A stretch of DNA of 64,000 nucleotides from positions 1,079-65,078 of IMG/VR virus record IMGVR_UViG_3300044730_000647; one strand, 5' to 3'. The position numbers were made by a program, and so were the translations under genes. Of the stretch, positions 48,579 to 57,220 are shown one piece after another. This DNA is from a virus (Duplodnaviria; Caudoviricetes). Each line of letters opens with the position of its first letter. Position 1 is the stretch's first letter. Under the pieces are notes generated by a model. It had not been told where the DNA came from. It made no database searches and saw only the letters and a program-made list of their open reading frames with translations.

Positions 48579-48610
48579 CAACAAGTATCGCTTATAAATA
48601 AGGAGAAAAA

Positions 48611-49147
48611 ATGAAAACAGTAGGAGATAGATTAGGTAACTTTGCGGTTACTGGAGTTAAGCCAGGGGCTTTGTCGTATGATGAATCTTCTTTTGAGATA
48701 GTTAATCAAGATTCTTTCCCAGGAAAATGGAAGATTATTGTATTCTATCCAAAAGATTTCACATTTGTATGCCCAACAGAAATTGTTGCGTATGACGCTT
48801 TAGTTAATGACTTTAACGATAGAGATGCAGTTTTAATGACTGGTTCAGTTGACAATGAGTTCTGCAAGATTGCATGGAGAAATGCTCATGACGACCTAAA
48901 GAAAACAAACTCTTGGTCATTTGCAGATACTGCACACCAACTAGCAACCGACCTTGGTGTTCACCACTCTTCTGGAGTAACTTATCGTGCCACCTTTATT
49001 GTTGATCCAGACAATATTATTCAGCATGCAACAGTAAACAATTTGGATGTTGGAAGAAACCCAGACGAGACATTGCGTATTCTAGATGCACTTCAAACAG
49101 GAGAGCTATGCGCTTGCAATAGATCTTTGGGCGGGGAAACGCTGTAA
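48611..49147 (+). CDS. ahpC: Peroxiredoxin AhpC
   Basis: FYPKDFTFVCPTEI, RATFIVDP, GRNPDETLRILDALQ, ELCAC. Confidence 0.95.
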   Translation: MKTVGDRLGNFAVTGVKPGALSYDESSFEIVNQDSFPGKWKIIVFYPKDFTFVCPTEIVAYDALVNDFNDRDAVLMTGSVDNEFCKIAWRNAHDDLKKTNSWSFADTAHQLATDLGVHHSSGVTYRATFIVDPDNIIQHATVNNLDVGRNPDETLRILDALQTGELCACNRSLGGETL

Positions 49148-49659
49148 TGAATTGGGTGGATCAGCTTAAAGATTCTCTTCCAGAATATGCTAAAGATATA
49201 AAGCTAAATCTAGATGCAGTAATTAATAGGTCAACAATTGAACCAGAGCATGCCACGTATTTATCAATTGCTGCAGCCTTTGCAACTGGAAATTCTAAGT
49301 TGCTTGCATTTATTACTGCAAGCGCTACTGATGAAGTTGAAAAAAATGCAGCCTTAACGGCTGGTGCTATTATGGCTCAAAACAATGTATGGTATCCATT
49401 TATTGAAATGGCAGATGATCAAAACCTTAAGGGGTTGCCAGCCCAGCTAAGAATGAATGCAATCACCTCTCACGGTGGAACAACAAAGGGTAGGTTTGAA
49501 GCTTATTCTTTAGCATCATCAATTATTGGCAAATGTCATTTTTGTGTTAAAGCACACTATGAAACATTGAAAGAGGAAGGCTATACGGTTGAGCAGTTGC
49601 GTGATATCGGAAGAATTGCAGCAACAATTAATGCATTAGCAAAAATTCTTTCTGCTTAA
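49147..49659 (+). CDS. ahpD: Alkylhydroperoxidase AhpD
   Basis: LPEYAKDIKLNL, MAQNNVWY, LRMN, CHFCVKAH; coupled to ahpC as in Actinobacteria. Confidence 0.93.
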   Translation: MNWVDQLKDSLPEYAKDIKLNLDAVINRSTIEPEHATYLSIAAAFATGNSKLLAFITASATDEVEKNAALTAGAIMAQNNVWYPFIEMADDQNLKGLPAQLRMNAITSHGGTTKGRFEAYSLASSIIGKCHFCVKAHYETLKEEGYTVEQLRDIGRIAATINALAKILSA

Positions 49660-49685
49660 TGCCAATGTAAGGTTATGGATATATT

Positions 49686-50354
49686 ATGAAGAAAGCAATT
49701 GTTACTGGAGTTGGTGGAGGAGTAGGTAACCTATTGGCAGAGCGCTTGTCTGATAGCGGTTACTTTGTTATTGGAACATCAAGAAATCCAGAGGGAGTAA
49801 AGAATTTAAATTTTGATAATATAAAAATTGAACACTTAGATTTGTCAGATGAGACAAGTATTGGTAATTTTTATAAAAAATATCAAGATGAAACAATAGA
49901 TCTAATTGTAAATAATGCTTCATGCGCTGGGATTGATGGGGCTAAACAGTTATCTTCAGAAACCCCTAAAAACTTTTTGCATTCATATATGGTTAATGTT
50001 GCTGGCCCAATGTATTTGTCAAAACTTTTTATACCAAACCTTAAAAAATCTGACAATGCCACCATTATTTTTATATCTTCATTTGCAAAAAAACATTTCT
50101 ATGCTGGCGGAGGAAACTATGCTACCTCAAAGCTATCAATATCTGGACTTGCAAAATTATTTAGGCTAGAGCTATCTCATTTTAAGGTAAAGGTTACAGA
50201 GGTATGTCCAGCAGCAATTAATACCCACCAGCATAATGATGGGGCATTGGAAGCAGAAGATATAGCAAATGCTATATTGTGGGTAGGTAAATTGCCTCAG
50301 AGATGTAATATTGATCTTATTGAGATATCCCCTTCTACTGGAGCACAGGCATGA
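49686..50354 (+). CDS. Short-chain dehydrogenase/reductase (SDR)
   Basis: TGVGGGVG, IVNNA, ISS, YATSK (YxxxK), VCP. Confidence 0.88.
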   Translation: MKKAIVTGVGGGVGNLLAERLSDSGYFVIGTSRNPEGVKNLNFDNIKIEHLDLSDETSIGNFYKKYQDETIDLIVNNASCAGIDGAKQLSSETPKNFLHSYMVNVAGPMYLSKLFIPNLKKSDNATIIFISSFAKKHFYAGGGNYATSKLSISGLAKLFRLELSHFKVKVTEVCPAAINTHQHNDGALEAEDIANAILWVGKLPQRCNIDLIEISPSTGAQA

Positions 50355-51874
50355 ATAAAAATATAGTTGTTGTTGGTGGAGGTAGTGCTGGATGGCTTAC
50401 TGCTTTAACAGCAAAGAAGAATTATCCAAAACTAAATGTTACTGTAATAGAATCAAAAGATATTGGAATACTTGGTGCAGGAGAAGGATCTACTCCGTAT
50501 CTTCCTGCATTCTTAAAAACATTGGATATAGGGGTAGAGGATTTAGTAAAAAATTGTGATTTAACTATAAAAAATGGAATTAAGTTTACTAGATGGAACA
50601 ACCAAGATGATTTTTACTACCACGGATTTGACTTTACAGACCCAACTGTTGGAACAGAAGGACTTTCTTCTATGTTTTTGTCTTCAAGCCCCATCCTCGT
50701 TTCAAGTATTGCACTAAACAATAGCTTAAAAAATGTAGACTTTACAGAAACAGTTTCAGAAAATAACAAAGTTCCCTTCATTATTGAAAAAAATAAAGAT
50801 GGAAAATCTATATCAGACTATAAACAGATAGGTCTTGTTTCTTTTCATTTTAATGCTACAAAACTTGCAGCAAGGCTTAAAGAGATAGGAATAGAAAGAG
50901 GAATTAAAGTTTTTGAAGATACAATAATCAAAGTGTCTTTAGATGAGTCAAGCAATGTAACAAGCTTGGATCTTGATAACGGAAATAGCATTCCTTCCGA
51001 TTTTGTTTTTGATTGCAGTGGATTTCATAGGCTTATTATTGGAAAAACATTTAACTCAAAATGGAAAAGCTATAAGGAATTTTTACCAACAAATTCTGCC
51101 GTCCCATTTTTTATTGAAATGACAGATGCGATTCCTCCATACACAGAAGCAATTGCAATGAAATATGGTTGGATGTGGAAAATCCCATTACAATCAAGAT
51201 TTGGCTGTGGCTATGTGTATGATTCTTCTTTAATATCAGAGCAATCTGCCATTGAAGAGATAGAAGAATTACTAGGATTTGTTCCAACATATCCAAGAAA
51301 AGATAAAGGCGGATTTAGTTTTAGTCCAGGGTCATTCGAAGAGCCTTGGCAAAACAACTGTGTTGCAGTTGGGCTTGCAGCAAACTTTGTAGAGCCCCTA
51401 GAGGCAACTTCTCTTTGGGTCAGCATGGTTCAGCTGACAGAAATATTTGGCGCACCAAGCCTATTTGTTAGCAACACTCAGCAAATAAGAGATGAGTTTA
51501 ATAAAAAGATTGTAAGAATGAATGACGATATACTTAACTTTATATACTTTCACTACATGTCTTTAAGGAAAGACACACCATTTTGGGAAAAATTTTCTTA
51601 TGAAAACGCCCCAGAAGAACTAAGGAATAAGATAAAAATTTGGGAAAGCAGAATGCCAGGGAAACTAGACAATGGAGAGTATTGGAAGTCCAAGAGCTGG
51701 TTTGTGGTAGGATCTGCTATAGACAAAATAAATAAAGAACTTGCCAAAGAATACGTAGAAATTTATAATGAGTACAAAAAAGCTATTGATCTGTATGACT
51801 ACTATAGTACATATCGTAATCACAAGGTGTCAGAATGTGTAGATCACAGGAAATTTTTGGAGGGATTAAAATGA
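50351..51874 (+). CDS. Flavin-dependent (tryptophan halogenase-like) halogenase
   Basis: VVGGGSAGW, GAGEGST, TIKNGIKF (catalytic Lys position), DCSGF, GWMWKIP (WxWxIP), GYVY, FVEPLEATS. Confidence 0.9.
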   Translation: MNKNIVVVGGGSAGWLTALTAKKNYPKLNVTVIESKDIGILGAGEGSTPYLPAFLKTLDIGVEDLVKNCDLTIKNGIKFTRWNNQDDFYYHGFDFTDPTVGTEGLSSMFLSSSPILVSSIALNNSLKNVDFTETVSENNKVPFIIEKNKDGKSISDYKQIGLVSFHFNATKLAARLKEIGIERGIKVFEDTIIKVSLDESSNVTSLDLDNGNSIPSDFVFDCSGFHRLIIGKTFNSKWKSYKEFLPTNSAVPFFIEMTDAIPPYTEAIAMKYGWMWKIPLQSRFGCGYVYDSSLISEQSAIEEIEELLGFVPTYPRKDKGGFSFSPGSFEEPWQNNCVAVGLAANFVEPLEATSLWVSMVQLTEIFGAPSLFVSNTQQIRDEFNKKIVRMNDDILNFIYFHYMSLRKDTPFWEKFSYENAPEELRNKIKIWESRMPGKLDNGEYWKSKSWFVVGSAIDKINKELAKEYVEIYNEYKKAIDLYDYYSTYRNHKVSECVDHRKFLEGLK

Positions 51875-52155
51875 AATTTAGAACAGAGTGGATTAATGCT
51901 CTAAAGACAATGAGGCATAAGTCTTATTGGGACCTACCAAATACCGTAGAGTTCTTTGCCTTTATGACCAAGGCAGCAATTATTATTCCAGGTCTTATTT
52001 TTGGTGTACAGTTTTGGTGGCTATACATCTTTGCACTAATAACTAGTTTATCTTTAATTTGGTCATCAACAGTTAAAACATTACCAACAATTATTTGGTT
52101 TAATATAATATGGTCTTTGCTCGCCACAACTGCTATAATTAAGTATTGGGTCTAA
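51871..52155 (+). CDS. Small multi-pass membrane protein
   Basis: ATG overlaps the halogenase stop; about three hydrophobic segments. Confidence 0.65.
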   Translation: MKFRTEWINALKTMRHKSYWDLPNTVEFFAFMTKAAIIIPGLIFGVQFWWLYIFALITSLSLIWSSTVKTLPTIIWFNIIWSLLATTAIIKYWV

Positions 52156-52165
52156 GGAGGACTAT

Positions 52166-52573
52166 ATGTTTGAATATTATGTAAAGAAAGTAAGCAAGGT
52201 TGTAGATGGGGATACTATTGATGTAGATATCGATCTTGGATTTGATATATCATTTACTTCAAGGGTAAGACTGGCTGGTATAGACACCCCAGAAAGCCGT
52301 ACAACAGACAAGATGGAAAAGGCACTGGGTCTTGAAGCCAAGGCTTATCTTAAGAATGCAATCGACTCAGCTAAAACTGTCGTTATTAAAACAGAAAAGA
52401 TGAACTCATCTGAAAAGTTTGGTCGCATTTTAGGTTGGGTTTTCTTGGACGGATCAGATAAATCTATTAATCAAAAGATGATTGAAGATGGTCATGCTTG
52501 GGGTTATATGGGAGAAACAAAAATTAAAGACTTTGATGCACTAGCAAAAGCTAGGGCTAAATCAAAAAAATAG
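52166..52573 (+). CDS. Staphylococcal nuclease (thermonuclease) homologue
   Basis: VVDGDTI, VRLAGIDTPE, EKFGRILG, INQKMIEDGHA; TGCTATAAT at 52131-39. Confidence 0.9.
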   Translation: MFEYYVKKVSKVVDGDTIDVDIDLGFDISFTSRVRLAGIDTPESRTTDKMEKALGLEAKAYLKNAIDSAKTVVIKTEKMNSSEKFGRILGWVFLDGSDKSINQKMIEDGHAWGYMGETKIKDFDALAKARAKSKK

Positions 52574-52603
52574 TTGCAATTTTATTTGCTTAAATGATAT
52601 AAT
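52574..52603 (+). promoter_or_regulatory. Promoter TTGCAA-N18-TATAAT with TG extension for hsp20
   Basis: TTGCAA 52574-79, TGATATAAT 52595-603. Confidence 0.65.
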
Positions 52604-52638
52604 ATATTAGTGCCTGCCAAATGGGGGTACTAATTTAA

Positions 52639-52653
52639 CTCGCTTAAAAGGAG
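52639..52653 (+). promoter_or_regulatory. ROSE-like RNA thermometer hairpin over hsp20 SD
   Basis: CUCGCUUAAAAGGAG: UCGCU pairs with AGGAG with a bulged G. Confidence 0.55.
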
Positions 52654-52658
52654 CAAAA

Positions 52659-53075
52659 ATGGTAACAAATTTCGCCATGGATCTTTTCAAGGATCCATTT
52701 TTTATTGGTTTCAACCGAGAGTTGGAACGTTTTAACAGTCTAAGTAAAGTAAATAATACAGCTTTCCCGCCGTATGATTTGTTAAAGCTAGACGAAGATA
52801 ACTATCAGCTTTCGCTGGCAGTGGCTGGATTCACAAGAGATAATCTAACTGTATCTATTGAAGACGGAAGTCTATGGATTACAGGTGAAATCAAAGAGGT
52901 AATAGACGCAGAAGTTGTTCATAAAGGAATAGCTGCACGTAAGTTTACAAGAATCTTTGAGCTTAGTGAATACATGGAAGTATCCAATGTCGAGCTGAAG
53001 GATGGAATGCTACACATTAATGTAGTAAGAAACATCCCAAAGGAAAAGCAACCAAAAATTTTAAAGATCAAATAA
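52659..53075 (+). CDS. Small heat-shock protein Hsp20 (IbpA-like)
   Basis: FPPYDL, LAVAGF, HKGIAARKFTRIF, LKDGML. Confidence 0.93.
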   Translation: MVTNFAMDLFKDPFFIGFNRELERFNSLSKVNNTAFPPYDLLKLDEDNYQLSLAVAGFTRDNLTVSIEDGSLWITGEIKEVIDAEVVHKGIAARKFTRIFELSEYMEVSNVELKDGMLHINVVRNIPKEKQPKILKIK

Positions 53076-53127
53076 TATTGCGACCTGGGTAAGTCCAAAA
53101 ACTGCCTACTAATATTAAGGAATAGGT

Positions 53128-53316
53128 ATGCCAGTATACGAATACAAATGTTCATATGATGAAGCACATGCATTGATGTCAGTAAATAGATCAATTACAG
53201 ATAGTGATCCAGGTTATACATGTGTTGAATGTGATTCAAGTATGATAAGACATTTCACCCCATTTGGTATACAATTTAAAGGTAATGGCTTTTATAAAAC
53301 AGATAATCCTAAATAG
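53128..53316 (+). CDS. FmdB-family zinc-ribbon protein
   Basis: MPVYEYKC...CVEC...IQFKGNGFYKTD. Confidence 0.85.
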   Translation: MPVYEYKCSYDEAHALMSVNRSITDSDPGYTCVECDSSMIRHFTPFGIQFKGNGFYKTDNPK

Positions 53317-53367
53317 TTAAAGTGGTATAATTACTAGGTAGACATATTGTTTACTTAGGGGCCCTAC

Positions 53368-55569
53368 TTGACAAGGAATAAATTATTTAGAATAACAGCA
53401 GCCACAATGCTTGCATTTGGTTGGCTCTTTATGTCACCCGCTTATTCTGATGATCCACTAAGCTTAGCAGCTCAAGAAATTGAAGACCTAAACAATAGCG
53501 TTGACGACCTTGGTTACAAGGATAAATTTATATCCTTAATCCAAGAAGCAGAAGACAAATATGATCTTGCCGTATCTGCAGAAGAAGCCAAGACACAAAC
53601 CTCTGTCCTATATGATGACTCCCTTGACGCAGAAACCACGGCACTTGAAGAAAAAGATTTAGCCCAATCAGCAGTAGATGGACAAACAGCCACAGTAGCC
53701 ACTGCCCTAACTAATAAGAATAATGCACTAGATGCACTTGAAGTAGCCAACATTAATCTACAAACAGCACAATCTAACATGCAGTCTGCTGGAGGAACAG
53801 GTTTGGCATACACTGTTTATACTCTTGTTAGACAGGGTAATGTTGCTACCCCAGGATCTGTTCTTTGTTCTGGTACTTGGAACTCAAGCCACATGCAACT
53901 ACCAGTTTGTGGTAACAGATACGAAAACTTTATAGTTAAGTTCACTGGTCAAATAACAGTACCGTCTTGGTTCACATCAACCTACTTTGCAGGATATACA
54001 GATGATGGGTTTAGAATGTATGTTGATGGGCAACTTGCCGTTGATAACTGGGTAGAGCAAGGTGCTACATGGAGCGACTATTCTCCAGCATATGATGTTA
54101 GTGAAGACAAGACTTTAGATGTAGAAATATGGTGGTATAACGGCGGAGGCCCAGGTTCATATCATCTTGGATGGGCAATTCCTGGAGGATGGACTGGAGC
54201 AGGATGTGACTATGCTGGAAATCCAAGAGTCTGGGGACAAAATTTTAGCTGTAACCTTAATACATTTTCTTCTGGACCAGGTGCAACACAGGAGCAGATA
54301 GATGATTATAACCAAGCACTTGCCACAAAGAACTTAGCACAAGATGTATATAATGACAAACTAAATATTTATAATCAAGCAGTTTCAACATTAAATAATT
54401 ATAATCAAACATTAATTAATAAAACAAACGAATATAACAACGCAGTTTTAAATGTTGCCACTGCATTGCAAAATAAAAATAATGCTGAAGATGCATACGA
54501 GCAGTCAATAAATAATCTTAATAGTGCGATTGATAACGCATGGCGTTACTATGAAGAACAATTACAAAGAGAAATTCAGTCTGCTATTGCTCAGGCAGCA
54601 GCTAACGCTGCAGCCAATCAGCCTACTCCAGAACCAACTCCAGAAACAACTCCAGAACCTACCCCAGAACCAAGTACTGAACCTACAGATGAACCTACAG
54701 ATGATCCATCTCCAAAGCCTACAGAGGAACCTACAGGTGAGCCAACAGAGGAGCCAAGTCCTGAGCCTACAGAAGAGCCTACTGAGGAACCAAAGCCCAC
54801 TCCTACGCCAAAGCCCACTCCTACGCCAAAGCCATCTACTGAGCCTACAGCAGAGCCTACAGAGGAACCAACTCCTGAACCTACAGTAGAACCTACACCA
54901 GACCCAGAACCAACTACAGAACCAACTACAGAGCCTACTGAGGAACCCACAGAAGAGCCTACGCCTGAACCCTCGCCAGAACCAGGACCAGATCCTGAGC
55001 CTGAAGAAAACCCATGGACTGAGCCAGATGTAGAAGTTAAAGATGAGGTTTTAGCAGAACTTATTCCTGAAAAGGGTACAGGAACAGCAGAAGACTTATC
55101 TGGAGTTATTGCTAACCTTACAAGCAAGGATAATAAGTTAGTTACTCTTTCCCCTGAACAAGTAACAGCAGTTAGCCAAACACTTAGAGCCTTGACGCAA
55201 GAAGCAAAGGCTGAGGTTGCAGAAGACCTTGGGATTAAGCCTTCAGAGGTTGCACAAATTGCTGAGCAGATGAAGTCTAACCCAGCACTGGCAGAAGCAT
55301 TCGTTGAGTTTACAGATAGAGAGGCGGAGGCAGGAGAAACTCCAATGCCATTTACATTAGCAGATGCAGTAACAGAAGTACAAACAGAAGAATTCTTAGC
55401 AGACCCACTTGGAGCGGTATTTGCGGTGGACCCAGTAGAACTACTATCTAATTTCTCTGAATTAGGTATGGACATGACAGATGATCAGAGAGAAAAAGCA
55501 CAGGAAGTAATTGTCCCAGTGGTCATTGTATCACAAATTGCAGGGGCAATGATAAGGAGGAATAAATGA
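53368..55569 (+). CDS. Secreted/membrane-anchored protein with PA14 domain, coiled coils and Pro/Thr/Glu-rich stalk
   Basis: Signal peptide (..SPAYS/DD); PA14 motifs (ENFIVKFTGQI, TDDGFRMYVDG..AVDNW, WWYNGGGPG); (P/T/E)n tract; hydrophobic C-terminus; TGGTATAAT at 53323-31. Confidence 0.8.
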   Translation: MTRNKLFRITAATMLAFGWLFMSPAYSDDPLSLAAQEIEDLNNSVDDLGYKDKFISLIQEAEDKYDLAVSAEEAKTQTSVLYDDSLDAETTALEEKDLAQSAVDGQTATVATALTNKNNALDALEVANINLQTAQSNMQSAGGTGLAYTVYTLVRQGNVATPGSVLCSGTWNSSHMQLPVCGNRYENFIVKFTGQITVPSWFTSTYFAGYTDDGFRMYVDGQLAVDNWVEQGATWSDYSPAYDVSEDKTLDVEIWWYNGGGPGSYHLGWAIPGGWTGAGCDYAGNPRVWGQNFSCNLNTFSSGPGATQEQIDDYNQALATKNLAQDVYNDKLNIYNQAVSTLNNYNQTLINKTNEYNNAVLNVATALQNKNNAEDAYEQSINNLNSAIDNAWRYYEEQLQREIQSAIAQAAANAAANQPTPEPTPETTPEPTPEPSTEPTDEPTDDPSPKPTEEPTGEPTEEPSPEPTEEPTEEPKPTPTPKPTPTPKPSTEPTAEPTEEPTPEPTVEPTPDPEPTTEPTTEPTEEPTEEPTPEPSPEPGPDPEPEENPWTEPDVEVKDEVLAELIPEKGTGTAEDLSGVIANLTSKDNKLVTLSPEQVTAVSQTLRALTQEAKAEVAEDLGIKPSEVAQIAEQMKSNPALAEAFVEFTDREAEAGETPMPFTLADAVTEVQTEEFLADPLGAVFAVDPVELLSNFSELGMDMTDDQREKAQEVIVPVVIVSQIAGAMIRRNK
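54622..55026 (+). repeat. Low-complexity EPT/EEPT/PTP repeats
   Basis: Degenerate 12-bp units (GAGCCTACAGAA-like) encoding PTPEPTEEPT... Confidence 0.85.
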
Positions 55570-55796
55570 AAATAATGAAAAAGGCATTTAATCTTATAGG
55601 CAAGGCTATTAAGGGCTTGGCTAAGTGGTTTAAAGATGCAGGAATGGAGCTAATTGCCCAGGCATTCACCCTCCTTGGATTCTTTATCGCATGGTTAACT
55701 TTGACTGGCTCAGCTAGAGATATTGTTGGAATTGCAGTATTAATAACTACTGTAATTTGGCTAATAACTATACCACTTAGAAAAGACGATAAATAG
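55566..55796 (+). CDS. Small two-TM membrane protein (holin-like candidate)
   Basis: Amphipathic basic N-terminus, two hydrophobic helices, charged C-tail. Confidence 0.5.
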   Translation: MKIMKKAFNLIGKAIKGLAKWFKDAGMELIAQAFTLLGFFIAWLTLTGSARDIVGIAVLITTVIWLITIPLRKDDK

Positions 55797-55810
55797 TGTA
55801 TAATTGTACT

Positions 55811-56032
55811 ATGAGAAAAATATTTTCTATTGCTTTAGCAGGCTTACTAATGATATCATTAAGTGCATGTTCACCAGAATCTTTAAATAGATACCGATAT
55901 CCATGCCAAGATCCTAAAAATTGGGAAATTGCAGAATGTAATCCTCCAGAATGCGAAGCTACGCAGACTTGCACAAAAGATGTAATAAAAATTACACCTA
56001 ACACACCAGAACAGGAAATAACAAATGGCTAA
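55811..56032 (+). CDS. Small Cys-rich lipoprotein
   Basis: MRK + hydrophobic + LSAC lipobox; TATAAT 6 nt upstream (leaderless), so the start is moved from 55796. Confidence 0.7.
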   Translation: MRKIFSIALAGLLMISLSACSPESLNRYRYPCQDPKNWEIAECNPPECEATQTCTKDVIKITPNTPEQEITNG

Positions 56033-56435
56033 ACAAAAACTAACGCCCGCAGATTTAGATGCTCGATTAAAGTTTATTCTAGGAATAACTCTTGGAAGTA
56101 TTCTTTTTATGACAGCTCTTGGAATTATCTATGGGCTGTTGTTTGTAACACAACCTATTGGAGCTCAGTCAGAAAATGACAAAATGTTCTTCAATGTTCT
56201 AGGTAGCATTGCAACATTTATTACAGGAACACTTGCAGGAATTCTAATTGGTAACTCAGGCGCTAAAGATATTATGGCGGCACAGATACAAAATAAAGAA
56301 GTAGATGCAAAAAATACACAGGCAGATAAAAAATTAGAAGCAGAAATTGATGCAACTGCAGCTCGTTTGGCAGCAAAGCCAGATGGAGCAATGCCAGAAG
56401 AGCAACCAGTTGATCTAGATTGGGATAAAGACTAA
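56025..56435 (+). CDS. Two-TM membrane protein
   Basis: Two hydrophobic helices followed by a coiled-coil tail; upstream of the lysin. Confidence 0.65.
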   Translation: MAKQKLTPADLDARLKFILGITLGSILFMTALGIIYGLLFVTQPIGAQSENDKMFFNVLGSIATFITGTLAGILIGNSGAKDIMAAQIQNKEVDAKNTQADKKLEAEIDATAARLAAKPDGAMPEEQPVDLDWDKD

Positions 56436-57064
56436 TGTCAGAACAAGGTACAGCAGCTCGTCTAATAGAAGTTGCTACAGCAGAGCTAGGAACTATTGAA
56501 GGTCCTAAAGACAACGAAACTAAATACGGTGCTTTTATGAAAGCAAACTTCCAACCATGGTGCGGAAGTTTCGTAAACTGGTGCGGGTCAGAATCTGGCG
56601 TAAAGATTCCTAATACTGTTTACACACCAGGAGGTGCAGCAGCATTTAAAAAAGCTGGTGCTTGGATTGATGTAGATGTTGCAGATCCAGAGCCAGGAGA
56701 TATAGCGTATTTTGATTTCCCTTCAGATGGCGTCGATAGAATTTCTCACGTAGGTATTGTTGTTAAAGACAATGAGGATGGAACTGTTTGGTGTATAGAA
56801 GGAAACACATCTTCAAAAAAGTCTGGAAGCCAAAGAAATGGCGGAGAAGTTTGCAAACAACTTCGTGCTTACAAGAAAAATAAAGCTGGTGTTCTTATTT
56901 CAATCGTAGGATTTGGAAGACCAAAGTTTGGTGCTTCAGCAACTACAGCAAAAAAGGCGGCGGCAACAAAAGATACTGCACAAAAGATACCAGCAAAAGT
57001 GGATCCTAAAGTAAAAGCAGCAATTGATTTATTAACTAAAAACGGATATACTGTATCAAAGTAA
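56435..57064 (+). CDS. CHAP-domain peptidoglycan hydrolase (probable endolysin)
   Basis: NETKYG, QPWCGSFVNW (catalytic Cys), PGDIAYFDF, SHVGIV (His), IEGNT, GFGRP. Confidence 0.88.
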   Translation: MSEQGTAARLIEVATAELGTIEGPKDNETKYGAFMKANFQPWCGSFVNWCGSESGVKIPNTVYTPGGAAAFKKAGAWIDVDVADPEPGDIAYFDFPSDGVDRISHVGIVVKDNEDGTVWCIEGNTSSKKSGSQRNGGEVCKQLRAYKKNKAGVLISIVGFGRPKFGASATTAKKAAATKDTAQKIPAKVDPKVKAAIDLLTKNGYTVSK

Positions 57065-57220
57065 ATGAATAAATATTTGATTAAGCTAGAAATTTCAGCA
57101 GAGGTAGAAGCTTTTGATGAAAATGATGCAAAGGAATACATTTCGGATGTATTTGGCACAGACGATGAAGTAAAGTCTGTAAAAATTGCATCAATAAAAA
57201 TAAAAGGGGACAAAAAATGA
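57065..57220 (+). CDS. 51-aa hypothetical protein (not in ORF track)
   Basis: MNKYLIKLEISAEVEAFDENDAKEYISDVFG...; fills the gap; stop overlaps the next ATG. Confidence 0.6.
   Translation: MNKYLIKLEISAEVEAFDENDAKEYISDVFGTDDEVKSVKIASIKIKGDKK

Noticed and set aside
54618-55475. 285-aa minus-strand Gly/Ser/Val ORF
   Set aside because: Antisense of the Pro/Thr/Glu-rich stalk of the PA14 protein
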